From NCBI GenBank assembly GCA_964016885.1, contig OZ024746.1, positions 52,018,001 through 52,082,000 of the forward strand: DNA of 64,000 bases, given 5' to 3'. Position 1 is the first letter of the stretch. Each line of letters starts with the position of its first letter. Source of the stretch: Eledone cirrhosa. Taxonomy: Eukaryota. The notes under the pieces were generated by a model. That model ran no database searches and was not told the DNA's origin. It saw only the letters and a program-made list of their open reading frames with translations. Made by a program: the position numbers and the translations under genes. Shown here piece after piece: positions 29,001 through 44,200 of the stretch.

Positions 29001-32000
29001 TATGTTAAATTTAGTATGGAATAGTGTATGACATGGACTGGTGTATATAGGTGTGTGTTGCATGGTATCGAATTCTATGTATTGGGTATGTTATACTTTG
29101 TATGGAGTAGTGTATGGTATAGAATGGTGTATATAGGTGTGTGTTGTATGGTATGGAATTCTATGTATTGGTTATGTTATACTTAGTATGGAGTAGTGTA
29201 TGGTATAGAATGGTGTATATAGGTGTGTGTTGTATGGTATGGAATTCTATGTATTGGTTATGTTATACTTAGTATGGAGTAGTGTATGGTATAGAATGGT
29301 GTATATAGGTGTGTCTTGTATGGTAAGGATTTCTATGTATTGGGTATGTTATACTTTGAATAGAGTAGTGTATGGTATAGAATGGTGTATATAGATGTGT
29401 GTTGTATGGTATGGAATTCTATGTATTGGGTATGTTATACTTAATATGGAGTAGTGTATGCTATAGAATGCTGTATATATGTGTGTGTTGTATGGTATGG
29501 AATTCTATGTATTGGGTATGTTATACTTTGTATGGATTAGTGTATCGTATAGAATGGTGTATATAGGTGTGTGTTGTATGGTATGGAATTCTATGTATTA
29601 CGTATGTTATACTGAGTATGGAGTAGTGTATGGTATAGAATGGTGTATATAGGTGTGTGTTGTATGGTATGGAATTCTATGAATTGGGTATGTTATATTT
29701 AGTATGGAGTAGTGTATGGTATAGAATGGTGTATATAGGTTTGTCTTGTATGTTATGGAATTCTATGTATTGGGTATGTTATACTTTGTATGGAGTAGTG
29801 TATGGTATAGAATGGTGTATATAGGTGTGTGTTGTATGGTATCGAATTCTATGTATTGGTTATGTTATACTATGTATGGAGTAGTGTATGGTATAGAATG
29901 GTGTATATAGGTGTGTGTTGTATGGTATGGAATTCTATGTATTGGGTATGTTATACTTAGTATGGAGTAGTGTATGGTATAGAATGGTGTATATAGGTGT
30001 GTTGTATGGTATGGAATTCTATGTATTGGGTATGTTATACTGAGTATGGAGTAGTGTATGGTATAGAATGGTGTATATAGGTGTGTGTTGTATGGTATGG
30101 AATTCTATGTATCGTTATGTTATACTTAGAATGGAGTAGTGTATGGTATAGAATGGTGTATATAGGTGTGTGTTGTACGGTATGGAATTCTATGTATTGG
30201 GTATGTTATACTTAGTATGGAGTAGTGTATGGCATAGAATGGTGTATATAGGTGTGTGTTGTATGGTATGGAATTATATGTATTGTGTATGTCATACTTT
30301 GTATGGAGTAGTGTATGGTATAGAATGGTGTATATGGGTGTGTGTTGTATGGTATGGAATTCTATGTATTGGGTATGTTATACTTTGTATGGAGTAGTGT
30401 ATGGTATAGAATGGTGTATTTAGATGTGTGTTGTATGGTATGGAATTCTATGTATTAGGTATGTTATACTGAGTATGGAGTAGTGTATGGTATAGAATGG
30501 TGTATATAGGTGTGTGTTGTATGGTATGGAATTCTATGTTTTAGTATGTTATACTGAATATGGAGTAGTGTATGGTATAGAATGGTGTATATAGGTGTGT
30601 GTTGTATGGTATGGAATTCTATGAATTGGGTATGTTATATTTAGTATAGAGTAGTGTATGGTATCGACTGGTGTATATAGGTGAGTGTTGTATGGTATGG
30701 AATTCTATGTATTGGTTATGTTATATTTAGTATGGAGTAGTCTATGGCATAGAATGGTGTATAAAGGTGTGTGTTGTATGGTATGGAATGCTATGTATTG
30801 GGTATGTTATACTTTGTATGGAGTAGTGTATGGTATAGAATGGTGTATATAGGTGTGTGTTGTATGGTATGGAATTCTATGTATTGGGTATGTTATACTT
30901 AGTATGGTGTAGTGTATGGTATAGAATGGTGTATACAGGTGTGTGATGTATGGTATGGAATTCTATGTATTGGTTATGTTATACTTAGTATGGAGTAGTG
31001 TATGGTATAGACTGGTGTATATAGGTGTGTGTTGTATGGTATGAAATGCTATGTATAGGGTATGTTATATTTAGTATGGAGTAGAGTATGGTATAGAATG
31101 GTGTATATAGGTGTGTGTAGTATGTTATGGAATTCTATGTATTGGTTATGTTATATTTAGTATGGAGTAGTGTATGGCATAGAATGGTGTATATAGGTGT
31201 GTGTTGTATGGTATGGAATTCTATGTATTGGGTATGTTATACTTAGTATGGAGTAGTGTATGGTATAGTATGGTGTATATAGGTGTGTCTTGTATGGTAA
31301 GGAATTCTATGTATTGGGTATGTTATACTTTGAATAGAGTAGTGTATGGTATAGATTGGTGTATATAGGTGTGTGTTGTATGGTATGGAATTCTATGTAT
31401 TGGGTATGTTATACTTAGTATGGAGTAGTGTATGGCATAGACTGGTGTATATAGGTGTGTGTTGTAGGGTATGGAATACTATGTACTGGGTATGTTATAC
31501 TTTGTATGGAGTAGTGTATGGCATAGATTGGTGTATATAGGTGTGTGTTGTATGGTATGGAATTCTATGTATTGGGTATGTTATACTTAGTATGGAGTAG
31601 TGTATGGTATAGTATGGTGTATATAGGTGTGTCTTGTATGGTAAGGAATTCTATGTATTGGGTATGTTATACTTTGAATAGAGTAGTGTATGGTATAGAT
31701 TGGTGTATATAGGTGTGTGTTGTATGGTATGGAATTCTATGTATTGGGTATGTTATACTTAGTATGGAGTAGTGTATGGCATAGAATGGTGTATATAGGT
31801 GTGTGTAGTATGGTATGGAATTCTATGTATTGGTTATGTTATATTTAGTATGGAGTAGTGTATGGCATAGAATGGTGTATATAGGTGTGTGTTGTATGGT
31901 ATGGAATTCTATGTATTGGGTATGTTATATTAGTATGGAGTAGTGTATGGTATAGTATGGTGTATATAGGTGTGTCTTGTATGGTAAGGAATTCTATGTA

Positions 32001-32694
32001 TTGGGTATGTTATACTTTGAATAGAGTAGTGTATGGTATAGACTGGTGTATATAGGTGTGTGTTGTAGGGTATGGAATGCTATGTACTGGGTATGTTATA
32101 CTTTGTATGGAGTAGTGTATGGCATAGATTGGTGTATATAGGTGTGTGTTGTATGGTATGGAATTCTATGAGTTGGGTATGCTAAATTTAGTATGGAATA
32201 GTGTATGACATAGACTGGTGTATATAGGTGTGTGTTGCATGGTATCGAATTCTATGTATTGGGTATGTTATACTTTGTATGGAGTAGTGTATGGTATAGA
32301 ATGGTGTATATAGGTGTGTGTTGTATGGTATGGAATTCTATGTATTGGTTATGTTATACTTAGTATGGAGTAGTGTATGGTATAGAATGGTGTATATAGG
32401 TGTGTGTTGTATGGTATGGAATTCTATGTATTGTTATGTTATACTGAGTATGGAGAAGTGTATGGTATAGAATGGTGTATATAGGTGTGTGTTGTATGGT
32501 ATGGAATTATATGTATTGGGTATGTTATACTTAGTATGGTGTAGTGTATGGTATAGAATGGTGTATACAGGTGTGTGTTGTAAGGTATGGAATTCTTTGT
32601 ATTGGTTATGTTATACTTAGTATGGAGTAGTGTATGGTATAGACTGGTGTATATAGGTGTGTGTTGTATGGTATGGAATGCTATGTAGTGGGTA

Positions 32695-33730
32695 TGTTAT
32701 ACTTAGTATGGAGTAGAGTATGGTATAGAATGGTGTATATAGGTGTGTGTAGTATGGTATGGAATTCTATGTATTGGTTATGTTATATTTAGTATGGAGT
32801 AGTGTATGGCATAGAATGGTGTATATAGGTGTGTGTTGTATGGTATGGAATTCTATGTATTGGGTATGTTATATTAGTATGGACTAGTGTATGGTATAGT
32901 ATGGTGTATATAGGTGTGTCTTGTATGGTAAGGAATTCTATGTATTGGGTATGTTATACTTTGAATAGAGTAGTGTATGGTATAGAATGGTGTATATAGG
33001 TGTGTGTTGTATGGTATGGAATTCTATGTATTGGGTATGTTATACTTTGTATGGAGTAGTGTTTGGCATAGATTGGTGTATATAGGTGTGTGTTGTATGG
33101 TATGGAATTCTATGAATTGGGTATGTTAAATTTAGTATGGAATAGTGTATGACATAGACTGGTGTATATAGGTGTGTGTTGCATGGTATCGAATTCTATG
33201 TATTGGGTATGTTATACTTAGTATGGAGTAGAGTATGGTATAGAATGGTGTATATAGGTGTGTGTAGTATGGTATGGAATTCTATGTATTGGTTATGTTA
33301 TATTTAGTATGGAGTAGTGTATGGCATAGAATGGTGTATATAGGTGTGTGTTGTATGGTATGGAATTCTATGTATTGGGTATGTTATATTAGTATGGACT
33401 AGTGTATGGTATAGTATGGTGTATATAGGTGTGTCTTGTATGGTAAGGAATTCTATGTATTGGGTATGTTATACTTTGAATAGAGTAGTGTATGGTATAG
33501 AATGGTGTATATAGGTGTGTGTTGTATGGTATGGAATTCTATGTATTGGGTATGTTATACTTTGTATGGAGTAGTGTTTGGCATAGATTGGTGTATATAG
33601 GTGTGTGTTGTATGGTATGGAATTCTATGAATTGGGTATGTTAAATTTAGTATGGAATAGTGTATGACATAGACTGGTGTATATAGGTGTGTGTTGCATG
33701 GTATCGAATTCTATGTATTGGGTATGTTAT
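32695..33730. repeat. Tandem duplication of a 515-bp (6-monomer) unit
   Basis: GGACTAG at 32881 and 33396, and GTTTGGCATAGATT at 33061 and 33576. Both offsets are 515 = 6x86-1. Confidence 0.88.
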
Positions 33731-36700
33731 ACTTTGTATGGAGTAGTGTATGGTATAGAATGGTGTATATAGGTGTGTGTTGTATGGTATGGAATTCTAT
33801 GTATTGGTTATGTTATACTTAGTATGGAGTAGTGTATGGTATAGAATGGTGTATATAGGTGTGTCTTGTATGGTAAGGAATTCTATGTATTGGGTATGTT
33901 ATACTTTGAATAGAGTAGTGTATGGTATAGAATGGTGTATATAGATGTGTGTTGTATGGTATGGAATTCTATGTATTGGGTATGTTATACTTAATATGGA
34001 GTAGTGTATGCTATAGAATGCTGTATATATGTGTGTGTTGTATGGTATGGAATTCTATGTATTGGGTATGTTATACTTTGTATGGATTAGTGTATCGTAT
34101 AGAATGGTGTATATAGGCATGTGTTGTATGGTATGGAATTCTATGTATTAGGTATGTTATACTGAGTATGGATTAGTGTATGGTATAGAATGGTGTATAT
34201 AGGTGTGTGTTGTATGGTATGGAATTCTATGTATTACGTATGTTATACTGAGTATGGAGTAGTGTATGGTATAGAATGGTGTATATAGGTGTGTGTTGTA
34301 TGGTATGGAATTCTATGAATTGGGTATGTTATATTTAGTATGGAGTAGTGTATGGTATAGAATGGTGTATATAGGTTTGTCTTGTATGGTATGGAATTCT
34401 ATGTATTGGATATGTTATACTTTGTATGGAGTAGTGTATGGTATAGAATGGTGTATATAGGTGTGTGTTGTATGGTATCGAATTCTATGTATTGGGTATG
34501 TTATACTTTTAATAGAGTAGTGTATGGTATAGAATGGTGTATATAGATGTGTGTTGTATGGTATGGAATTCTATGTATTGGGTATGTTATACTTAATATG
34601 GAGTAGTGTATGGTATAGAATGGTGTATATAGGTGTGTGTTGTATGGTATGGAATTCTATGTATTGGGTATGTTATATTTTGTATGGTGTAGTGTATGGT
34701 ATAGAATGGTGTATATAGGTGTGTGTTGTATGGTATGGAATTCTATGTATCGTTATGTTATACTTAGAATGGAGTAGTGTATGGTATAGAATGGTGTATA
34801 TAGGTGTGTGTTGTACGGTATGGAATTCTATGTATTGGGTATGTTATACTTAGTATGGAGTAGTGTATGGCATAGAATGGTGTATATAGGTGTGTGTTGT
34901 ATGGTATGGAATTATATAAATTGTGTATGTTATACTTTGTATGGAGTAGTGTATGGTATAGAATGGTGTATATGGGTGTGTGTTGTATGGTATGGAATTC
35001 TATGTATTGGGTATGTTATACTTTGTATGGAGTAGTGTATGGTATAGAATGGTGTATATAGATGTGTGTTGTATGGTATGGAATTCTATGTATTAGGTAT
35101 GTTATACTGAGTATGGAGTAGTGTATCGTATAGAATGGTGTATATAGGTGTGTGTTGTATGGTATAGAATTCTATGAATTGGGTATGTTATATTTAGTAT
35201 GGAGTAGTGTATGGCATAGAATGGTGTATATAGGTGTGTCTTGTATGGTATGGAATTCTATGTATTGGGTATGTTATACTTTGAATAGAGTAGTGTATGG
35301 TATATAATAGTATATATAGGTGTGTGTTGTATGGTATGGAATGCTATGTATTGGGTATGTTATACTTTGTATGGAGGAGTGTATGGTATAGAATGGTGTA
35401 TATAGGTGTGTGTTGTATGGTATGGAATTATATGTATTGGGTATGTTATACTTAGTATGGTGTAGTGTATGGTATAGAATGGTGTATACAGGTGTGTGTT
35501 GTAAGGTATGGAATTCTTTGTATTGGTTATGTTATACTTAGTATGGAGTAGTGTATGGTATAGACTGGTGTATATAGGTGTGTGTTGTATGGTATGGAAT
35601 GCTATGTATTGGGTATGTTATACTTAGTATGGAGTAGAGTATGGTATAGAATGGTGTATATAGGTGTGTGTAGTATGGTATGGAATTCTATGTATTGGTT
35701 ATGTTATATTTAGTATGGAGTAGTGTATGGTATAGAATGGTGTATATAGATGTGTGTTGTATGGTATGGAATTCTATGTATTGGGTATGTTATACTTAAT
35801 ATGGAGTAGTGTATGCTATAGAATGCTGTATATATGTGTGTGTTGTATGGTATGGAATTCTATGTATTGGGTATGTTATACTTTGTATGGATTAGTGTAT
35901 CGTATAGAATGGTGTATATAGGTGTGTGTTGTATGGTATGGAATTCTATGTATTAGGTATGTTATACTGAGTATGGATTAGTGTATGGTATAGAATGGTG
36001 TATATAGGTGTGTGTTGTATGGTATGGAATTCTATGTATTACGTATGTTATACTGAGTATGGAGTAGTGTATGGTATAGAATGGTGTATATAGGTGTGTG
36101 TTGTATGGTATGGAATTCTATGAATTGGGTATGTTATATTTAGTATGGAGTAGTGTATGGTATAGAATGGTGTATATAGGTTTGTCTTGTATGGTATGGA
36201 ATTCTATGTATTGGGTATGTTATACTTTGTATGGAGTAGTGTATGGTATAGTATGGTGTATATAGGTGTGTGTTGTATGGTATCGAATTCTATGTATTGG
36301 TTATGTTATACTATGTATGGAGGAGTGTATGGTATAGAATGGTGTATATAGGTGTGTGTTGTATGGTATGGAATTCTATGTATTGGGTATGTTATACTTA
36401 GTATGGAGTAGTGTATGGTATAGAATGGTGTATATAGGTGTGTGTTGTATGGTATGGAATTCTATGTATTGGGTATGTTATACTGAGTATGGAGTAGTGT
36501 ATGGTATAGAATGGTGTATATAGGTGTGTGTTGTATGGTATGGAATTCTATGTATTGGGTATGTTATATTTTGTATGGTGTAGTGTATGGTATAGAATGG
36601 TGTATATAGGTGTGTGTTGTATGGTATGGAATTCTATGTATCGTTATGTTATACTTAGAATGGAGTAGTGTATGGTATAGAATGGTGTATATAGGTGTGT

Positions 36701-38276
36701 GTTGTACGGTATGGAATTCTATGTATTGGGTATGTTATACTTAGTATGGAGTAGTGTATGGCATAGAATGGTGTATATAGGTGTGTGTTGTATGGTATGG
36801 AATTATATGTATTGTGTATGTTATACTTTGTATGGAGTAGTGTATGGTATAGAATGGTGTATATGGGTGTGTGTTGTATGGTATGGAATTCTATGTATTG
36901 GGTATGTTATACTTTGTATGGAGTAGTGTATGGTATAGAATGGTGTATATAGATGTGTGTTGTATGGTATAGAATTCTATGTATTAGGTATGTTATACTG
37001 AGTATGGAGTAGTGTATGGTATAGAATGGTGTATATAGGTGTGTGTTGTATGGTATGGAATTCTATGAATTGGGTATGTTATATTTAGTATGGAGTAGTG
37101 TATGGTATAGAATGGTGTATATAGGTGTGTGTTGTATGGTATGGAATTCTATGTTTTAGTATGTTATACTGAATATGGAGTAGTGTATGGTATAGAATGG
37201 TGTATATAGGTGTGTGTTGTATGGCATGGAATTCTATGAATTGGGTATGTTATATTTAGTATAGAGTAGTGTATGGTATCGACTGGTGTATATAGGTGAG
37301 TGTTGTATGGTATGGAATTCTATGTATTGGTTATGTTATATTTAGTATGGAGTAGTCTATGGCATAGAATGGTGTATATAGGTGTGTCTTGTATGGTAAG
37401 GAATTCTATGTATTGGGTATGTTATACTTTGAATAGAGTAGTGTATGGTATAGATTGGTGTATATAGGTGTGTGTTGTATGGTATGGAATTCTATGTATT
37501 GGGTATGTTATACTTAGTATGGAGTAGTGTATGGTATAGAATGGTGTATATGGGTGTGTGTTGTATGGTATGGAATTCTATGTATTGTTTATGTTATACT
37601 TAGTATGGAGTAGTGTATGGTATAGAATGGTGTATATAGGTGTGTGTTGTATGGTATGGAATTCTATGTATTGTTATGTTATACTGAGTATGGAGTAGTG
37701 TATGGTATAGAATGGTGTATATAGGTGTGTGTTTTATGGTATGGAATTCTATGTATTTGTATGTTATACTTAGTATGGAGTAGTGTATGGTATAGAATGG
37801 TGTATATAGGTGTGTGTAGTATGGTATGGAATTCTATGTATTAGGTATGTTATACTGAGTATGGAGTAGTGTATGGTATAGAATGGTGTATATAGGTGTG
37901 TGTTGTATGGTATAGAATTCTATGAATTGGGTATGTTATATTTAGTATGGAGTAGTGTATGGCATAGAATGGTGTATATAGGTGTGTCTTGTATGGTATG
38001 GAATTCTATGTATTGGGTATGTTATACTTTGAATAGAGTAGTGTATGGTATATAATAGTATATATAGGTGTGTGTTGTATGGTATGGAATGCTATGTATT
38101 GGGTATGTTATACTTTGTATGGAGGAGTGTATGGTAAGGAATGGTGTATATAGGTGTGTGTTGTATGGTATGGAATTATATGTATTGGGTATGTTATACT
38201 TAGTATGGTGTAGTGTATGTTATAGAATGGTGTATACAGGTGTGTGTTGTATGGTATGGAATTCTTTGTATTGGTT

Positions 38277-41200
38277 ATGTTATACTTAGTATGGAGTAGT
38301 GTATGGTATAGACTGGTGTATATAGGTGTGTGTTGTATGGTATGGAATGCTATGTATTGGGTATGTTATACTTAGTATGGAGTAGAGTATGGTATAGAAT
38401 GGTGTATATAGGTGTGTGTAGTATGGTATGGAATTCTATGTATTGGGTATGTTATATTAGTATGGAGTAGTGTATGGTATAGTATGGTGTATATAGGTGT
38501 GTCTTGTATGGTAAGGAATTCTATGTATTGGGTATGTTATATTTGAATAGAGTAGTGTATGGTATAGAATGGTGTATATAGGTGTGTGTTGTATGGTATG
38601 GAATTCTATGTATTGGGTATGTTATACTTAGTATGGAGTAGTGTATGACGTAGATTGGTGTATATAGGTGTGTGTTGTATGGTATGGAATTCTATGAGTT
38701 GGGTATGTTAAATTTAGTATGGAATAGTGTATGACATGGACTGGTGTATATAGGTGTGTGTTGCATGGTATCGAATTCTATGTATTGGGTATGTTATACT
38801 TTGTATGGAGTAGTGTATGGTATAGAATGGTGTATATAGGTGTGTGTTGTATGGTATGGAATTCTATGTATTGGTTATGTTATACTTAGTATGGAGTAGT
38901 GTATGGTATAGAATGGTGTATATAGGTGTGTGTTGTATGGTATGGAATTCTATGTATTGGTTATGTTATACTTAGTATGGAGTAGTGTATGGTATAGAAT
39001 GGTGTATATAGGTGTGTCTTGTATGGTAAGGAATTCTATGTATTGGGTATGTTATACTTTGAATAGAGTAGTGTATGGTATAGAATGGTGTATATAGATG
39101 TGTGTTGTATGGTATGGAATTCTATGTATTGGGTATGTTATACTTAATATGGAGTAGTGTATGCTATAGAATGCTGTATATATGTGTGTGTTGTATGGTA
39201 TGGAATTCTATGTATTGGGTATGTTATACTTTGTATGGATTAGTGTATCGTATAGAATGGTGTATATAGGTGTGTGTTGTATGGTATGGAATTCTATGTA
39301 TTACGTATGTTATACTGAGTATGGAGTAGTGTATGGTATAGAATGGTGTATATAGGTGTGTGTTGTATGGTATGGAATTCTATGAATTGGGTATGTTATA
39401 TTTAGTATGGAGTAGTGTATGGTATAGAATGGTGTATATAGGTTTGTCTTGTATGGTATGGAATTCTATGTATTGGGTATGTTATACTTTGTATGGAGTA
39501 GTGTATGGTATAGAATGGTGTATATAGGTGTGTGTTGTATGGTATCGAATTCTATGTATTGGTTATGTTATACTATGTATGGAGTAGTGTATGGTATAGA
39601 ATGGTGTATATAGGTGTGTGTTGTATAGTATGGAATTCTATGTATTGGGTATGTTATACTTAGTATGGAGTAGTGTATGGTATAGAATGGTGTATATAGG
39701 TGTGTTGTATGGTATGGAATTCTATGTATTGGGTATGTTATACTGAGTATGGAGTAGTGTATGGTATAGAATGGTGTATATAGGTGTGTGTTGTATGGTA
39801 TGGAATTCTATGTATTGGGTATGTTATATATTGTATGGTGTAGTGTATGGTATAGAATGGTGTATATAGGTGTGTGTTGTATGGTATGGAATTCTATGTA
39901 TTGGGTATGTTATACTTTGTATGGAGTAGTGTATGGTATAGAATGGTGTATATAGATGTGTGTTGTATGGTATGGAATTCTGTGTATTAGGTATGTTATA
40001 CTGAGTATGGAGTAGTGTATGGTATAGAATGGTGTATATAGGTGTGTGTTGTATGGTATGGAATTCTATGTATTACGTATGTTATACTGAGTATGGAGTA
40101 GTGTATGGTATAGAATGGTGTATATAGGTGTGTGTTGTATGGTATGGAATTCTATGAATTGGGTATGTTATATTTAGTATGGAGTAGTGTATGGTATAGA
40201 ATGGTGTATATAGGTTTGTCTTGTATGGTATGGAATTCTATGTATTGGGTATGTTATACTTTGTATGGAGTAGTGTATGGTATAGTATGGTGTATATAGG
40301 TGTGTGTTGTATGGTATCGAATTCTATGTATTGGTTATGTTATACTATGTATGGAGTAGTGTATGGTATAGGATGGTGTATATAGGTGTGTGTTGTATGG
40401 TATGGAATTCTATGTATTGGGTATGTTATACTTAGTATGGAGTAGTGTATGGTATAGAATGGTGTATATAGGTGTGTGTTGTATGGTATGGAATTCTATG
40501 TATTGGGTATGTTATACTGAGTATGGAGTAGTGTATGGTATAGAATGGTGTATATAGGTGTGTGTTGTATGGTATGGAATTCTATGTATTGGGTATGTTA
40601 TATTTTGTATGGTGTAGTGTATGGTATAGAATGGTGTATATAGGTGTGTGTTGTATGGTATGGAATTCTATGTATCGTTATGTTATACTTAGAATGGAGT
40701 AGTGTATGGTATAGAATGGTGTATATAGGTGTGTGTTGTACGGTATGGAATTCTATGTATTGGGTATGTTATACTTAGTATGGAGTAGTGTATGGCATAG
40801 AATGGTGTATATAGGTGTGTGTTGTATGGTATGGAATTATATGTATTGTGTATGTTATACTTTGTATGGAGTAGTGTATGGTATAGAATGGTGTATATGG
40901 GTGTGTGTTGTATGGTATGGAATTCTATGTATTGGGTATGTTATACTTTGTATGGAGTAGTGTATGGTATAGAATGGTGTATATAGATGTGTGTTGTATG
41001 GTATAGAATTCTATGTATTAGGTATGTTATACTGAGTATGGAGTAGTGTATGGTATAGAATGGTGTATATAGGTGTGTGTTGTATGGTATGGAATTCTAT
41101 GAATTGGGTATGTTATATTTAGTATGGAGTAGTGTATGGTATAGAATGGTGTATATAGGTGTGTGTTGTATGGTATGGAATTCTATGTTTTAGTATGTTA

Positions 41201-44200
41201 TACTGAATATGGAGTAGTGTATGGTATAGAATGGTGTATATAGGTGTGTGTTGTATGGCATGGAATTCTATGAATTGGGTATGTTATATTTAGTATAGAG
41301 TAGTGTATGGTATCGACTGGTGTATATAGGTGAGTGTTGTATGGTATGGAATTCTATGTATTGGTTATGTTATATTTAGTATGGAGTAGTCTATGGCATA
41401 GAATGGTGTATATAGGTGTGTCTTGTATGGTAAGGAATTCTATGTATTGGGTATGTTATACTTTGAATAGAGTAGTGTATGGTATAGATTGGTGTATATA
41501 GGTGTGTGTTGTATGGTATGGAATTCTATGTATTGGTTATGTTATACTTAGTATGGAGTAGTGTATGGTATAGAATGGTGTATATAGGTGTGTCTTGTAT
41601 GGTAAGGAATTCTATGTATTGGGTATGTTATACTTTGAATAGAGTAGTGTATGGTATAGAATGGTGTATATAGATGTGTGTTGTATGGTATGGAATTCTA
41701 TGTATTGGGTATGTTATACTTAATATGGAGTAGTGTATGCTATAGAATGCTGTATATATGTGTGTGTTGTATGGTATGGAATTCTATGTATTGGGTATGT
41801 TATACTTTGTATGGATTAGTGTATCGTATAGAATGGTGTATATAGGTGTGTGTTGTATGGTATGGAATTCTATGTATTACGTATGTTATACTGAGTATGG
41901 AGTAGTGTATGGTATAGAATGGTGTATATAGGTGTGTGTTGTATGGTATGGAATTCTATGAATTGGGTATGTTATATTTAGTATGGAGTAGTGTATGGTA
42001 TAGAATGGTGTATATAGGTTTGTCTTGTATGGTATGGAATTCTATGTATTGGGTATGTTATACTTTGTATGGAGTAGTGTATGGTATAGAATGGTGTATA
42101 TATGTGTGTGTTGTATGGTATGGAATTCTATGTATTACGTATGTTATACTTAGTATGGAGTAGTGTATGGTATAGACTGGTGTATATAGGTGTGTGTTGT
42201 ATGGTATGGAATGCTATCTATTGGGTATGTTATACTTAGTATGGAGTAGAGTATGGTATAGAATGGTGTATATAGGTGTGTGTAGTATGGTATGGAATTC
42301 TATGTATTGGGTATGTTATATTAGTATGGAGTAGTGTATGGTATAGTATGGTGTATATAGGTGTGTCTTGTATGGTAAGGAATTCTATGTATTGGGTATG
42401 TTATATTTGAATAGAGTAGTGTATGGTATAGAATGGTGTATATAGGTGTGTGTTGTATGGTATGGAATTCTATGTATTGGGTATGTTATACTTAGTATGG
42501 AGTAGTGTATGGCATAGATTGGTGTATATAGGTGTGTGTTGTATGGTATGGTATTCTATGAGTTGGGTATGTTAAATTTAGTATGGAATAGTGTATGACA
42601 TGGACTGGTGTATATAGGTGTGTGTTGCATGGTATCGAATTCTATGTATTGGGTATGTTATACTTTGTATGGAGTAGTGTATGGTATAGAATGGTGTATA
42701 TAGGTGTGTGTTGTATGGTATGGAATTCTATGTATTGGTTATGTTATACTTAGTATGGAGTAGTGTATGGTATAGAATGGTGTATATAGGTGTGTGTTGT
42801 ATGGTATGGAATTCTATGTATTGGTTATGTTATACTTAGTATGGAGTAGTGTATGGTATAGAATGGTGTATATAGGTGTGTCTTGTATGGTAAGGAATTC
42901 TATGTATTGGGTATGTTATACTTTGAATAGAGTAGTGTATGGTATAGAATGGTGTATATAGATGTGTGTTGTATGGTATGGAATTCTATGTATTGGGTAT
43001 GTTATACTTAATATGGAGTAGTGTATGCTATAGAATGCTGTATATATGTGTGTGTTGTATGGTATGGAATTCTATGTATTGGGTATGTTATACTTTGTAT
43101 GGATTAGTGTATCGTATAGAATGGTGTATATAGGTGTGTGTTGTATGGTATGGAATTCTATGTATTACGTATGTTATACTGAGTATGGAGTAGTGTATGG
43201 TATAGAATGGTGTATATAGGTGTGTGTTGTATGGTATGGAATTCTATGAATTGGGTATGTTATATTTAGTATGGAGTAGTGTATGGTATAGAATGGTGTA
43301 TATAGGTTTGTCTTGTATGGTATGGAATTCTATGTATTGGGTATGTTATACTTTGTATGGAGTAGTGTATGGTATAGAATGGTGTATATAGGTGTGTGTT
43401 GTATGGTATCGAATTCTATGTATTGGTTATGTTATACTATGTATGGAGTAGTGTATGGTATAGAATGGTGTATATAGGTGTGTGTTGTATAGTATGGAAT
43501 TCTATGTATTGGGTATGTTATACTTAGTATGGAGTAGTGTATGGTATAGAATGGTGTATATAGGTGTGTTGTATGGTATGGAATTCTATGTATTGGGTAT
43601 GTTATACTGAGTATGGAGTAGTGTATGGTATAGAATGGTGTATATAGGTGTGTGTTGTATGGTATGGAATTCTATGTATTGGGTATGTTATATATTGTAT
43701 GGTGTAGTGTATGGTATAGAATGGTGTATATAGGTGTGTGTTGTATGGTATGGAATTCTATGTATTGGGTATGTTATACTTTGTATGGAGTAGTGTATGG
43801 TATAGAATGGTGTATATAGATGTGTGTTGTATGGTATGGAATTCTGTGTATTAGGTATGTTATACTGAGTATAGAGTAGTGTATGGTATAGAATGGTGTA
43901 TATAGGTGTGTGTTGTATGGTATGGAATTCTATGTATTACGTATGTTATACTGAGTATGGAGTAGTGTATGGTATAGAATGGTGTATATAGGTGTGTGTT
44001 GTATGGTATGGAATTCTATGAATTGGGTATGTTATATTTAGTATGGAGTAGTGTATGGTATAGAATGGTGTATATAGGTTTGTCTTGTATGGTATGGAAT
44101 TCTATGTATTGGGTATGTTATACTTTGTATGGAGTAGTGTATGGTATAGTATGGTGTATATAGGTGTGTGTTGTATGGTATCGAATTCTATGTATTGGTT

